A DNA stretch of 64,000 nt, from assembly GCA_000004985.1 (NCBI GenBank), contig GG738860.1. One strand, written 5' to 3'. Below are positions 34,355 to 45,977 of the stretch, piece after piece. The translations under genes were made by a program, and so were the position numbers. The notes beneath the pieces were generated by a model that worked only from the letters and a program-made list of their open reading frames with translations, made no database searches and was not told where the DNA came from. Numbering within the stretch: position 1 is the first letter of the stretch; each line of letters begins with the position of its first letter. This DNA is from Naegleria gruberi. Its lineage: Eukaryota.

Positions 34355-36238
34355 ATGAAAGAAAACAAACATTGTGATGAAACAACTCCTGGAGGATCAT
34401 CAGGAGAAGAAGGAATTTCAGGAAAATACTCTCAAATATTAATTGCCATCCTTCCCACATTTCTAACGAGTATTCTCGATGTTTATATTGATATGCACTT
34501 GACTAAATATTACATGGAAGATATTTGTAAATATTATTCGGATAAATCATGTATAGAGGCTTCAAGGTTTGGATTGGTAAATTCCTTCATCCGATCATTA
34601 AGTTTAATAACAGATTTCTTCAGTGCAACCTTGATTGATTCAAGTAGCCTTGGACAACAAACTCTCTTGATGATTTGTGCACCAATTTATTGGATGAGTA
34701 TTGTTGGATTGTTTTTGGGACCTTCATTGTATAGATCGGAGATGATTCCCACATTTATTTGGTTTATTATTTGTTCATTATTGAAGAATATGGTACCACT
34801 GAGAGTTTTATATGATACATCAATTGTGAGAATGTGTAAATTGTGGAATGTGAAGGATAGATCGGATTTATTTTCTGTGAAACATCAAGCTTCAATGTAT
34901 GGAGGAGTTTTGGGAGCATTCTTGCCATCGCTGCTGAGATTTATATTATCTTCGTTGACTTTGAGTGAAAATCAAATTACAAGAGTATATATCATGATTG
35001 GAAGTTTACTAATTATTGGATCTTATGTATTCATGTCGAGTTTCTTTCGAAATTCAAGAGAAATGAATAGTTTCAAAAAGGAAAAAACAGAGGAAAAGAA
35101 ATCAGTCTCATGGATTCCTGCATTGAAAAAGTGCTTTGAAAATAGAGCCTTTGTAGCTCTACTTTGCTTGTTTAGTTATGAAACATTGAGAGGATTATTG
35201 TGGAATGGTCTATACATTTTCTACATTACTAAAGTATTGAATTTGGAGGGAGCTAATTTTGATTTTTGGACTGGAGTTCTCAACACGACTGGAATGATAT
35301 TTGCCATGATATTCTCCCCACTATGGCAATATATGGCTTCCAAGTATGGTAATTATAATACTTGGCTAGTTTCATATCTAGTTCAGATACCTATTGGTGT
35401 TTTTGTGTACTTGTTTGTGGATTATTCGAGTACAGAACCTCAAATTTGGAATTATCTTCCATTCTTTGTCTTGCTGACAATTACTGGAAGGTCTAGCGGA
35501 TTCCTTCTCGATAGTATCAAGACTACCGTCTTTGATTATGATGAATTGAGAACTGGAGAGAGAAGGGAAATTTCTTTGGAGGCCACCTGGTCGTTCCTAC
35601 CAAGATATATTGATTTAATATCTAGCTCTGTATCTTTTGGAATTTTATCATATTTCAATACTTATGGACTGTCTGTTGAGGAGAGAACATCTTTGAAGAG
35701 TGGAACTTATACCCTAATGGGAAAACACTCGATATCTGTGCAAGCTGCTCTACTCCCAAGCTTGACCTCAATAGTATGCCTTTTCCTCATGTACAGATTC
35801 CCAATCAACGATCAAAAACATGCCGAAATTTTGGATTTAATCAGGAAGAGAAAGGAAGAGGATAATCACTCTAAAATTATTGATCCATTAACAGGAGAGG
35901 AAATCATAATCCATGAAGAATCCGACAAGAATTCTCAAAAAATCAATAAGAAATCAAGAGAGGAAGAGGATTATTTCTTTACCTTTGAATTGGACATGAT
36001 AAAGAGTAACACTAGTTGGTATGGTAAATGGTTGGTAGAAATTGAGATTATCACCACCATTTCCATGACCATTCTCTTTGGAATATTTGGCTACAAATTT
36101 ATAATGAATGTTTTATTTGGTGAGGATATCTACGCAAGTTTATTCCTTTGGTTAAGCTCTGTAACATTTACCTTGTCCACATTCTTCCTCTCCAGAATAA
36201 GTGTTGCTAAGAAATTGAGGAAACAAAATTGTTTTTGA
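34355..36238 (+). CDS. GPH-family (MFSD2/MelB-like) cation:solute symporter
   Basis: Multi-TM protein with the GPH signature DYDELRTGERREIS. Confidence 0.6.
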   Translation: MKENKHCDETTPGGSSGEEGISGKYSQILIAILPTFLTSILDVYIDMHLTKYYMEDICKYYSDKSCIEASRFGLVNSFIRSLSLITDFFSATLIDSSSLGQQTLLMICAPIYWMSIVGLFLGPSLYRSEMIPTFIWFIICSLLKNMVPLRVLYDTSIVRMCKLWNVKDRSDLFSVKHQASMYGGVLGAFLPSLLRFILSSLTLSENQITRVYIMIGSLLIIGSYVFMSSFFRNSREMNSFKKEKTEEKKSVSWIPALKKCFENRAFVALLCLFSYETLRGLLWNGLYIFYITKVLNLEGANFDFWTGVLNTTGMIFAMIFSPLWQYMASKYGNYNTWLVSYLVQIPIGVFVYLFVDYSSTEPQIWNYLPFFVLLTITGRSSGFLLDSIKTTVFDYDELRTGERREISLEATWSFLPRYIDLISSSVSFGILSYFNTYGLSVEERTSLKSGTYTLMGKHSISVQAALLPSLTSIVCLFLMYRFPINDQKHAEILDLIRKRKEEDNHSKIIDPLTGEEIIIHEESDKNSQKINKKSREEEDYFFTFELDMIKSNTSWYGKWLVEIEIITTISMTILFGIFGYKFIMNVLFGEDIYASLFLWLSSVTFTLSTFFLSRISVAKKLRKQNCF

Positions 36239-36410
36239 AATATGATCTCTGCATTGAAATGATTCGTGCATTACTTTTGAAACGCCCTCTCATGTTCTGG
36301 TATGTCTGTTACAATCTGTTGATTATAAAATACATTTTAGTAAATGAGGACATTTTTTTAAACAACAAGATTAGTCTGTCACTTCGACGAATCATCTCAA
36401 ATATAGATGT

Positions 36411-37065
36411 ATGAAAAAAAACATGGCAGAACGGAAAACTAATCTCACACTCTTTTTAATTTTCTGCCTGAGCATTTGTTGTCTTTGTTTGTGTTGTGTG
36501 AATGCCACTGCTTCAACATGTAATAGTCCACATGCAAACATGATATCGAGCTCTAAAAGAAGTGTTGTTGTTTTGGCAAATGAACAGCTTCTAACAGGAG
36601 TAGTACCACTACGACCAATGTAAGTACTATTAAACATACATGTTTATTCGAAATATTCAGAAATTGGACGAAAGCCAACCTTCACTCTCAACCTCTTCTT
36701 ATCCAATTTCTCCAGAGGCAAAATATTACATTGACAAACAACCATCCACATATCACATTACAGGTCCACTCAATCTCAAACTCTCCAAAAGATCAAGAAC
36801 ATTTCATGGCTCTGACCAAGCAACCAAATGTGTTGCATGTAGGTTAGATTGCATGAAGAAGATCCATCCAGAAATTGGTTCCTTCTTTGAATCATGTAGA
36901 AATCAATACTATTACTATGGTTGTAAGAAGAGACATCCGTGCTATGAGGAAGGTGATGGAGATTTTGTGATGGAGATGGCTATTGGAATTTGTTTGGAAA
37001 AGAATGGATGTATTATGAGAAGGGAATTCCTTAGTAATGTCGACGATGATCAGGATGAACAATAA
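36411..37065 (+). CDS. small Cys-rich protein, possibly secreted (signal-peptide exon + 36640-37065 exon); model tentative
   Basis: MAERKTNLTLFLIFCLSICCLCLCCVNATAS signal-like, GTAAGT at 36621. Downstream ORF has 10+ Cys (CVACRLDCMKK...CRNQYYYYGCKKRHPCYEE). The acceptor is ambiguous. Confidence 0.3.
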
Positions 37066-37195
37066 TTTAGTTTGCATTAACAAGTTCTGGCAATTCTTTG
37101 AAATTCTTCCTTCTCAGCACCTTGTTGCCATTCAAGTTCGAATAAATGATGATGGAAGATCTGTTCATTGTTTATCTTTAGAATGGAAACTGAAT

Positions 37196-37340
37196 ATTTT
37201 AGATACAAATTTATAATAAATGTTTTATTTGGAGAGGGATATGTACGCTAGCTTATTCTTTTGGTTAAGCTCTGTAACATTTACTTTGTTCGCATTCTTC
37301 TTCTCGAGAATAAGTGTAGCTCAAAAATTAAACAAATAAA
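37196..37340 (+). pseudogene. diverged duplicate of the last ~140 nt (C-terminal about 45 codons plus stop) of the 34355-36238 transporter gene
   Basis: acaaatttataat.aatgttttatttgg.gag.gata...tttggttaagctctgtaacatttac.ttgt.c.cattcttc.tctc.agaataagtgt.gct aligns to 36093-36238 at about 85% identity. Confidence 0.55.
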
Positions 37341-37539
37341 TTACTTTACAAAATATTACTAGCTCAATATTATTAACCAGATGTAACAAGTTGGACAACG
37401 TCTTCATCTGCCAATTCGTGACTCAAACCAACTCTTTGAGGTGTATGTTTAGCTCTATTTGTGTTCATATTATAGAATAACGGAATATAAGAAGTAATAG
37501 GAGAAAAAAATAGAATAAATAAAAATATTGTAAAAAAAC

Positions 37540-38845
37540 TTACGATTTGCCCCACACAATAGCATATTTAAAGTTCTTCTTCATGTCCTTGTGTACGCTG
37601 TTACAGATATCTTCAATTGTGGAACCTTCTCTCAAAACGACTGGATCTTTGAAATCTGGAGCACAACCTCTCTTCTTGGTATAAGCTCTAACCAATCCCA
37701 AGTGTTCCCAAATTTGTTCAATCAAGTAATCCAAATTCAAATCCCAGTTACATGATATCACAACAGAGTTTTCCCTCTTGGCCAACTTGTCAACTTCTTC
37801 CAAAGTTATGGTATCGACCTTGTTGTAAACACAGAGACACTTAATATATTGTCTGTTACCTTCCACCAAATCAATAAAGTCATCAATTTCAGCATCGTAT
37901 CTGATAACAACTTCAGCATTGTGAATCTTTTGTTCTCTCAAGATGTCAGAAACAAGCTTTTCAGTAACACCCTTAGTTTGTTTACAAGTTGTTGTAAATC
38001 TGAGACCACCAGTTTTAAGTGGTTTGAAGTACATGTTTGGTTTTGGTTTGTTCAATCTGATACCAACACTTTCCAATTCTTGTTCCAAAAGATGTTTGTG
38101 AATTTCACCCTTTGAGGCATCCAACATCATCAAAACCAAATCAGCAGTTCTTGCAGTAGCAATAACTTGTTTACCTCTTCCTTTACTATTTTCCATAAAG
38201 TCATTAGTAATATAATCAATTTTTAAATTATCCAAATATTTCAGCAAATAGTTTTGATGATAATTCAAGTACATTCCGTTTTCAATAGAGTAATCATATT
38301 ATCATTTGTTATAATATTATTATTATTGTTAATATTGTTAATATATTGATAATGATAATAAACAAACATACCCTTCAGCAGCACCTTCAATAATACCAGG
38401 CAAATCCAAAAGTTGGATTCTTGATCCGTTATATTCAATAACACCAGGAATACAAGTCAATGTAGTAAATTCATAGGCACCAGTTTCAGATTCAGTTCCT
38501 GTAATCTTATTCAACAATGTAGATTTACCAACAGATGGGAAACCAATCAAAGCAACACGAGCATCACCTGCTTTTCTGGCTTCAAATCCATCACCACCTC
38601 CACCACCTCCTTTCTTTTCAGAGTCAATGAGTTGTGAACGTACTATCAATTTATCAATTCAATAATCAAGTTGAAATTTTGTATCATTCCATATGTGATC
38701 GGATTGTTGTTGTTGTTGATATTCATATTGTTGAGTGTTAATACTTACACCTGGCCAATCTAGCCTTCAACAGACCAATGTGGTATTCAGTGGCCTTGTT
38801 CTTTTGGGTTTTGTTCATTTCATTTTCAATATCTATGATTATCAT
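37540..38845 (-). CDS. drg: developmentally regulated GTP-binding protein (DRG, Obg family); exons 38845-38749, 38642-38338, 38274-37540
   Basis: [32 protein letters not shown], ...[44 protein letters not shown]-like C-terminus. Introns 38643-38748 (GTAAGT...GATAG) and 38275-38337. Confidence 0.85.
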
Positions 38846-39112
38846 CCGATAAATATATTTAAATTAAATTCCAAATCAACAAAATTATTATCAGTGTGAT
38901 AATATATCCATCACATTATTTTCCATCACATCATTAATTAAATATATTACCGAAACAAAAGTAACAACTCACCCTTTATCTTTTCTAGAATGCCCATTTT
39001 TAATTTTTTTAAATTCGAATTTTATTGTTCAATTCTTTCTTTTCTATTTTTCAACTTTAAAGTCACACATGAATAGAGGTGCACCTATATTTAAAATTGT
39101 TGATGAAATAGT

Positions 39113-40660
39113 TTATCGTTTTTCAGTTTTTGTATCGTTAGATTCTTTTGGTTTTCTATTGTGTCTCTTTACAGCAATGTAACGTCTGTATACCCACTTT
39201 TCAACACTCTTTCTCATCTTTTCTTCATCCTTCTTGTACTTTTCAATCCATGGGTGTGAAACGAGTTGAGATGCAGATGGTCTTTGCTTACGATCAAATG
39301 TCATGCATTGATAAACAAATGATTTAAATTCAGGTGAATATTCCTTTTCATCGATTGGAAATGGTTCAGCTCCAGTCTCTTCCAAATATTCAAACATGGA
39401 CCAAATTGTAAATTCTGGTTTGAGTGTGAATGGGAATATTCCCATACCTAATTGAGCTATTGTCAAGCCAAGTGACCAAATGTCGCTATCAAAACTATGT
39501 GATTGTCCTCTAATTCTTTCAGGAGACATGTAAACTGAAATTAGTTATTCATTGTAAAAGTTAAATAAATTAGTTATTTTGACTAGTACGTACTATAAGT
39601 GCCACAAAATGTATCGAATTTGGCTGTCTTTTGAATTTCTTCCAATTTTGATTTAATCCAGAAACCACTCATACCAACTACATTATTATTAATTGAAATA
39701 ATAGATATTAATCATACAGCTATCATTTAGAAACTTACAATCTGCAATCTTACAGAGACCTTTGCTATTGAGTAAAATATTAGCAGGCTTAATATCTCTG
39801 TGAATAATATAACATTCCTCATGAATATATTGTAAACCTTTCAAGATTTGATAAGTCATTCTGCTGAGTATTTTCTCTGGAATCTTTTTAGATATTTTAA
39901 TGACATCTTCCAAAGATCCACAATCCATATATTCCAAAATCATCATTATAGCTCCTTCTCGGTAATATGAGTCAATTAATTTGATAATGTGAGTATTTCT
40001 GTTAGTGTAGAGAGCTTTAATTTCGTGTATTATAGACTTGGCCAACTGTTTTTCTACATAGATCTTTTTCATGGCATAGACAGTCTTTTTCTTTTCTGGG
40101 TCATCCTTATTTTCTGAATTAGAAGGCTCAAGTCTTGCTCCAACTCCAATATCAAATTCGGAAGGTTGATGGTACACTTTGAATACAGAAGCCGATGATC
40201 CACTTCCTAATTTTACAAATCCAGATAATTCCTCATATCTAATTAATCCTGTTAGTGAATTAAAATCATCAGCACTTGGTGATGATGAATCTTTTTCCAG
40301 AGAGGAAGCATTTGTAGTGTTCAGTGTTGATGGTACATCGAATATTGTTGATTCAATAACAGTAGAAGAGAGTGGTGTCTTTTCTCTGTCTATTCCTCTA
40401 GGTCCTATACTTAATTCATTTTCATATTCAAACCTCTCGTGAGATCTTGAGAAAATTAATCACTTTTAATTATTGCAGTGAATAACCTACATTCTTACAC
40501 TGTCCTCATTAAAACTCTTCTTTTTACTAATATTTTGTGGTACCTCTGGTTCTTCCAATTTTAAAATTGGTTTCTTGGGTGATTCAATTGTTTCAAAATC
40601 GACATGATCCGAAGGATTACCCAACATTAATTTTGCTTTTGATTTCGACATTTTCTATCC
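39113..40660 (-). CDS. second STE7-like MAP kinase kinase; multi-exon (kinase exons 40177-39703, 39638-39556, 39529-39113; 5' exon about 40660-40500 uncertain)
   Basis: LGSGSSASVFKV, YAMKKIY, HRDIKPANILL, KIAD|FGMSGF...FCGTYIYMSPER, DIWSLGL. GTAAGT and GTACGT donors flank a short 28-codon exon. N-terminal MSKSKAKLMLGNPSD...KKPILKLEE is D-site-like. The 5' exon junction does not close in frame. Confidence 0.6.
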
Positions 40661-40904
40661 AAATAATAATTATCCACAAAACGATGCCAAAATACTTGTC
40701 GTGCAATGCTTTTTTTCTTGAGGACAAAAGAGAGTGATGTAAAATTCTTCCGAATCCAATTAAAATATAATTGTTCAAAAGGTTGTTTTTGTGTTGTGTG
40801 ATGAAAAAGTTCTCCTGCTTTTGAATGGTGTAATTTTTTTTAAATAATATAAAATGAGAGCAAACCACAATTTAATGTTGTGAATTGGTTGAAGGCAAAA
40901 CTTG

Positions 40905-41095
40905 AGAGTGTAAAACTTACCAAGGAATTAAACCGATATCAAGATCTTCTATTGCTGGTCTAGTTAGGTCCTAAAAGACAGCTCGACCCGTTCCCGATGA
41001 TCAATAGAATTTCGTGTCTATGTTGTAGGGGGTTGGTGATAAATACCAATTCACGATCTATAGGTGCCAGTACACCACTAATATCATTCTTTTAT
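40905..41095. ncRNA. candidate small structured RNA in a GC-enriched intergenic patch
   Basis: Region between two converging/diverging genes, with local GC well above flanks. Begins ..AAACTTACCAAGG (complementary to the GTAAGT donor consensus, like the U1 snRNA 5' end). Contains AATTTCGTG (Sm-site-like) followed by hairpin GGTTGGTGATAAATACCAATTC. No confident family assignment. Confidence 0.15.
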
Positions 41096-41171
41096 CTTTT
41101 TTCAAATAGAATACTTTGCAATTGATTTCAAAGTATTTTCTAAAATAAATTGATTAACACAATAATTGAGT

Positions 41172-42389
41172 TTAATTAGAACCTTCTTTATTTTCAACAA
41201 CAGGTTGCTGACATGATTCAATAGCAGCCAACAAGTTTGATACATTTTCACTACTCTTTTTGAGATGTAATTGTGTTTGTTGCATATTTTGAAGGGTTCT
41301 TGTCATTCCATTACTCAATCTCATTAATTCTACATTGATATGTTCCAAAGTATTTGAGTACTTGGTGTGAATTGTTTGCTCTAATTGTTCATTTGAATGT
41401 TTCAAATCTTTCATTCTGTGTGTAACTTTAAGAATAATTTGATTAGGATTTTTCAGATCATGGCTTGGCTCTCCAGTTAGTGCCTTCTTCAACTTTTCAA
41501 CTGGCTCTGCAAGAGTAGAGGTCTGTAATTCACTCTTAAGCTTGTTGAGAACACCAGAGAAATAAGTTGAATAACTTGGAGATCCAGATGTTGGTTGAGT
41601 GTTTTGATTGTGTGGAGGTGTTTTTGGTGGTTGTGGCTCTTCATCTGATATTTCATTATTTACATTTGTTTCACCATTGGTTTTTTCCACAACAGTGGTG
41701 GTCGTTTCACTTGTTGATGTCACTACTTGAGAAGTTGTTGAAGGAGGAACAGTTGTACCTTGAGGTGGTGTCGAAGTAATAATACTAGTAGAGGTAATAG
41801 CTTGATTGGTTGTGGTTACAACAGTAGCTACATTACTCTTGAATGATTTCCAAAAGGTTGACAACTTTCTGGTGGCTCCCTCCACAAGAGCTGCACCTTG
41901 TTGGGATGCAGTAGGTGTAACTGGTGTTGCAGATTCCGAAATGGTATCTGAAATTTGTGGATTGGTAGTAATGGATGTATTGGTTGTTGTTCCTTCACTC
42001 ACGTTCGAAGCACTTGATGATGTCCTTTCGTGAGAGGCAACAGATGGCGTTGTCAATGTGGTAGCTGTGTTTGTTGTAGTAGGTTTTTGAACAGTGCTTG
42101 TTACAGTAGTGGTTACAGACAAAGATGTAGTTGTTGCAGCAGGTTGTTCTTCCTCCTCTTCCTCATCTTCTTCATCGTCTTCTCCTTCAATTTCCTGTGG
42201 TTCCTCTTCTTCCTCATCATCCTCTCCGTCCACATTTTTACCTTCATCAATTACCATAGCAACAACATTTGCTTGATTTGTTGTTGGTTCTTCAATTTCT
42301 TCTTCTTCCTCCTCTTCCGAATCTTCACCAGCAATAACTTTCACTTCCTCTTCTTCACTCATTTTTTGATTTTTATTATGTTTGATCAA
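41172..42389 (-). CDS. acidic, Thr/Ser-rich protein with C-terminal coiled-coil-like segment; unknown function
   Basis: 405-aa ORF with poly-E/D N-terminus, T/S-rich middle and helical C-terminus (LKKALTGEPSHDLKNPNQIILKVTHRMKDLKHSNEQLEQTIH). Confidence 0.4.
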   Translation of the reverse strand: MIKHNKNQKMSEEEEVKVIAGEDSEEEEEEEIEEPTTNQANVVAMVIDEGKNVDGEDDEEEEEPQEIEGEDDEEDEEEEEEQPAATTTSLSVTTTVTSTVQKPTTTNTATTLTTPSVASHERTSSSASNVSEGTTTNTSITTNPQISDTISESATPVTPTASQQGAALVEGATRKLSTFWKSFKSNVATVVTTTNQAITSTSIITSTPPQGTTVPPSTTSQVVTSTSETTTTVVEKTNGETNVNNEISDEEPQPPKTPPHNQNTQPTSGSPSYSTYFSGVLNKLKSELQTSTLAEPVEKLKKALTGEPSHDLKNPNQIILKVTHRMKDLKHSNEQLEQTIHTKYSNTLEHINVELMRLSNGMTRTLQNMQQTQLHLKKSSENVSNLLAAIESCQQPVVENKEGSN

Positions 42390-42470
42390 TGTAAGCCGGA
42401 CGAATAATATTATCTGATGAACAGACGTATGTGTTCTTTTTAAATAATTAGTAAAGTATTACAAAATAAT

Positions 42471-43057
42471 TTATTGACCTTCAAGCAAGTGCTTCTTGAC
42501 AAGAGATTGAATGTTTGATTTATCGGCAAATCCAACATGTCTGTAAACAAATTTACCACCTGGTTGAACAAAGAAGAGAGTTGGCAATGCTTCCACTCCG
42601 AGTTCTCCAGCAAGATCTGGCAAGTTATCAGAATTAATGGTAACAAGTTCAATCTTTCCATTATGTTCAGTGACTACATTTTGAAGAATTGGTCCAAGCC
42701 TATGTATTATTTAATCATTTTCAATCATTATTATTAAAATTTAATATTATTTTGAATATTAATTCATCATTAATCCACACATTCCGAATAATATCATCCG
42801 AAAAGAATCACAACATTTAATGAATATTAATTAATAAACATTAAGACTTACATTTTACATGGTCCACACCAATCAGCATAAACATCAATAATGAATGGCT
42901 TTGTAGTTTCCTTCAAATGTTTAATGAAATGATCATCATCCTTGATGGAAATAACATGTTCCGAAGTGGCAGAGGCATAGAATCTAGTTTGAAGAGATGT
43001 GATTCTCAAATTCTTAGAGGCAACTGATTTAATCAACTTGGATGATTGTCTGAGCAT
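42471..43057 (-). CDS. thioredoxin with mitochondrial-type presequence; exons 43057-42852, 42699-42471
   Basis: MLRQSSKLIKSVASKNLRITSLQTRFYASA presequence. FIIDVYADWCGPCK-M|LGPILQNVVTEHNGKIELVTINSDNLPDLAGELGVEALPTLFFVQPGGKFVYRHVGF. Intron GTAAGT...ACATAG, phase 2. Confidence 0.8.
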
Positions 43058-43398
43058 TTTTTATTGTATTTTGGCTTTTTAATTGATTGAGTTGTTTTGC
43101 AAGCTTATATTAACAATGGAAATGCATTTCGGAGAATCCTCTCAACCCGACCATTGTTTAATAGGAGGATTATTAATAATCTTAGTGCCCTTGATTTATT
43201 GAATTCAAATACTAGCTGAAACTTAAATCAACCTAGGATTGTAAAGTCTCAATGACATAACTATTGCATAATTATAAATCTAATCATATGATCACTTTAA
43301 GGAATATACAAGTTCATTATTTGAAAATAAAATTGATTAATTGGGAATAAACTTTATCTCTCTAAGGCTATGCTCAGCAACAACAAAAGATAAACAAA

Positions 43399-45826
43399 AT
43401 GACAGCACAATCATCAATACCTCTCAAATGGCCTTCTTTGATAGAATTTCTACCAGTTGTCTTGGTTGGAATCATCATAGAGTGGTGTTGGGCAGATAGG
43501 AGTGGATTTGCTCTGGCCCAAACTCCAGAAATCAATCAGTATTTAGGATTTAGGATCATCACTGAACAAATTAATGCTTCTTCTACAATAGTTTCGAATA
43601 TTTCATCATCATCAAATGATTCGCTAATATGTCATCCAATATTATTGAGTCAAGGTTTTAAGAGTAACTTGGGGCTGTGTGATGATTATTTTTCTTCCTA
43701 TATTGTAATGGGAACTATTCTTTCATGTTATTCTATTCTTTTGCTGATAACATTGAGTGGTCTGTTCTACAAATTGAGGAAATTAAAACAGGCTGAACAG
43801 TTCAATCATTTAAAGGTGAACTTTATCAGTGCTAGAAATCCTGTCCTTATGATTTGGGGTGCAGTAGTTGGCTGGTTGTATACCTTAATCATGTCATCGA
43901 GGGTATTGATAGGTCGTAAGATATTCCCCTGTTTTTTATTTTCTCTAATCTACTACTTGTCTGTACCTGGATTGGCCAGCACTATTATCATTAGATGTGT
44001 TAGACTTATAGCCCTAACAAAGTTGCACGAATTGAAAGTTAGGATTGGAAAACGTGAAATGCTCCAAGAGAAGGAAGAAGGAAAAATAAGTACAATTCAA
44101 ATAACGAATAATAAGGAAGTGAAACAATTTGAAAATGAAAGTAATATCCAAATTGTCATTAAAATGGCAGAATCCTTTGATAATATTATGCCACCTCCTC
44201 CAATCTATAACAAACCTCTCTCCACTGACCTCTCCAATACGACAACCACTGTGACAACAATGACAACAAATAGCCAAGAGGAGACAGACACCCACTCAAC
44301 TAGAGAGCACAATTCATTTCATAATGAAGTTTGCGAAATGAATAATCATCAAAGAAGTAATTCTGTCATATCCAATGAAGGCTTACAACCATCATCTGTG
44401 AGTACCCCAAGCACTGTAAATACTTTGGTTTCCTGTGGAATGAGTGTTTCTCCATCGAGAACCTATTCTTCAGCAAATGGTGTTCTACATCTAATACAAT
44501 CAAATGATGAAGAACCATGTCAACAACATTCTATCATTGTGGATATTACCAAATTGCACGAATTGGATCTAAGTACTCGACAAAATGAACCCAAACAAGC
44601 AGATAAATTCTATGGTAATGAATTCAGATTATCTAATGTAAATTTTGAAAATGGAAAATTGTTGAGATTGTTAAGATTTCTAACAGGATCCAAATTCATC
44701 TTGATATTTTACATTCTCATATTGGGAACTCACACATTGGTCTATTTGATTGTGGGAATTGTTGATTATTTCAATTACAAAAGTCCAGATCCAAAACTCA
44801 ACAGCATCAATAAGAAGAATGCCTTTGTGGTGGATACATACCTATTCTCCCCAAATGGTTGTGGAACTGGAAGTTACAATACTAATTACTTCCTTGGAAT
44901 GTTATCAGTGTATGCTTCATTTTCAGTCTTGTTGGCCATAGTTGCCATTGTAGTGATGAAGAAGGATGTTTGGCAAGTGAAGAGAGAAGTTGTACTAGTT
45001 GCCATTAATTGGATTCTATGTATTGCAATTTTTGGTATTCCAAATATGTTCAGTAGTATTACCACATTGTAAGTATTAAATCTCATGTGTATTAATGAAT
45101 GATAATAATACTTCGAATAATAGAGTGGATTATTACTTTCCATGGACTTCTACCATCCTCTTGTCATGTTTATCAGACATGATAATTTCCTGTACTATTC
45201 CAGTGTTCTTCCTACAGCAAGTGGACAATTCTAATAGCAAGAATAACATCAAAGAAATTGGAGACGCTGATCTACACAAGTGTTTAAAGAATCAAAAGTG
45301 GAATGGTCTCTTTTTAAAGTATTCAGAGCAGTGTTTTGCTTGTGAAGATATCATGTTTTGGAATGCTGTAGAGCAATTCAAGAGTGTTACAGCAGAGAGG
45401 CTCAAGAGAGAACTCTTCTACAACATCTACAGGACCTATATTAGAATTGGAGCACCACTAGAGTTGAATATTGCACGAAGAGAGTTTGGAATACCAGAAA
45501 TTGAAAGTCAATTTAATGTTCTATGCAAGCAAGTATCCTATCATCATGAAACTTTATCAGTTGTAGGGAAATCCAATAATAATAATAATAATAATAATCA
45601 TCAAATGGGAATGTCCAAGTCGAGATATGTAGACTTGTCCAGCAGTGAGAATATTAGTGTGAGGAGTGATATCTTTGATCAAGTACAATTAGGTTGCGAG
45701 CACAATATGAGAGACAACTTTTATAGATTTAACTTGACTCATAGTGAAATGTCTGCTAAATTGGTGCGCAGAGGGTTGGTGCATAATGATGATAATGAAG
45801 GTGTCCTGTTCAACCCGGTTGAATAA
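43399..45826 (+). CDS. seven-transmembrane protein fused to a C-terminal RGS domain (7TM-RGS); intron near 45070-45180, exact junction unresolved
   Basis: Multiple hydrophobic helices in 43399-45072. RGS core LHKCLKNQKWNGLFLKYSEQCFACEDIMFWNAVEQFKSV...LFYNIYRTYIRIGAPLELNI. GTAAGT at 45070. Confidence 0.6.
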
Positions 45827-45977
45827 TTATCTTCAAGAAAACAAAGTCTCCACTAAATTACAGCAAAGAAGCTTGTTGCATTGTTTTTCTTTTGAGATTT
45901 ATTTGAAACGGAATGCGACAAGAGGAGCGCTTTAAAAAACCGTTACGAAAAAATTAAAAAAAATTCTTGAAGCTATA

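Noticed and set aside
36640-37065. Alternative model: 36640-37065 as a stand-alone 141-aa gene starting MFIRNIQKLDESQ
   Set aside because: Not excluded. I kept the signal-peptide-exon model at low confidence because the ATG lies inside a GTAAGT...CAG interval.
40179-40442. Plus-strand 87-aa ORF upstream of the second MAP2K
   Set aside because: The minus strand here encodes the kinase glycine loop (LGSGSSASVFKV) continuous with the kinase ORF, so the plus ORF is antisense.
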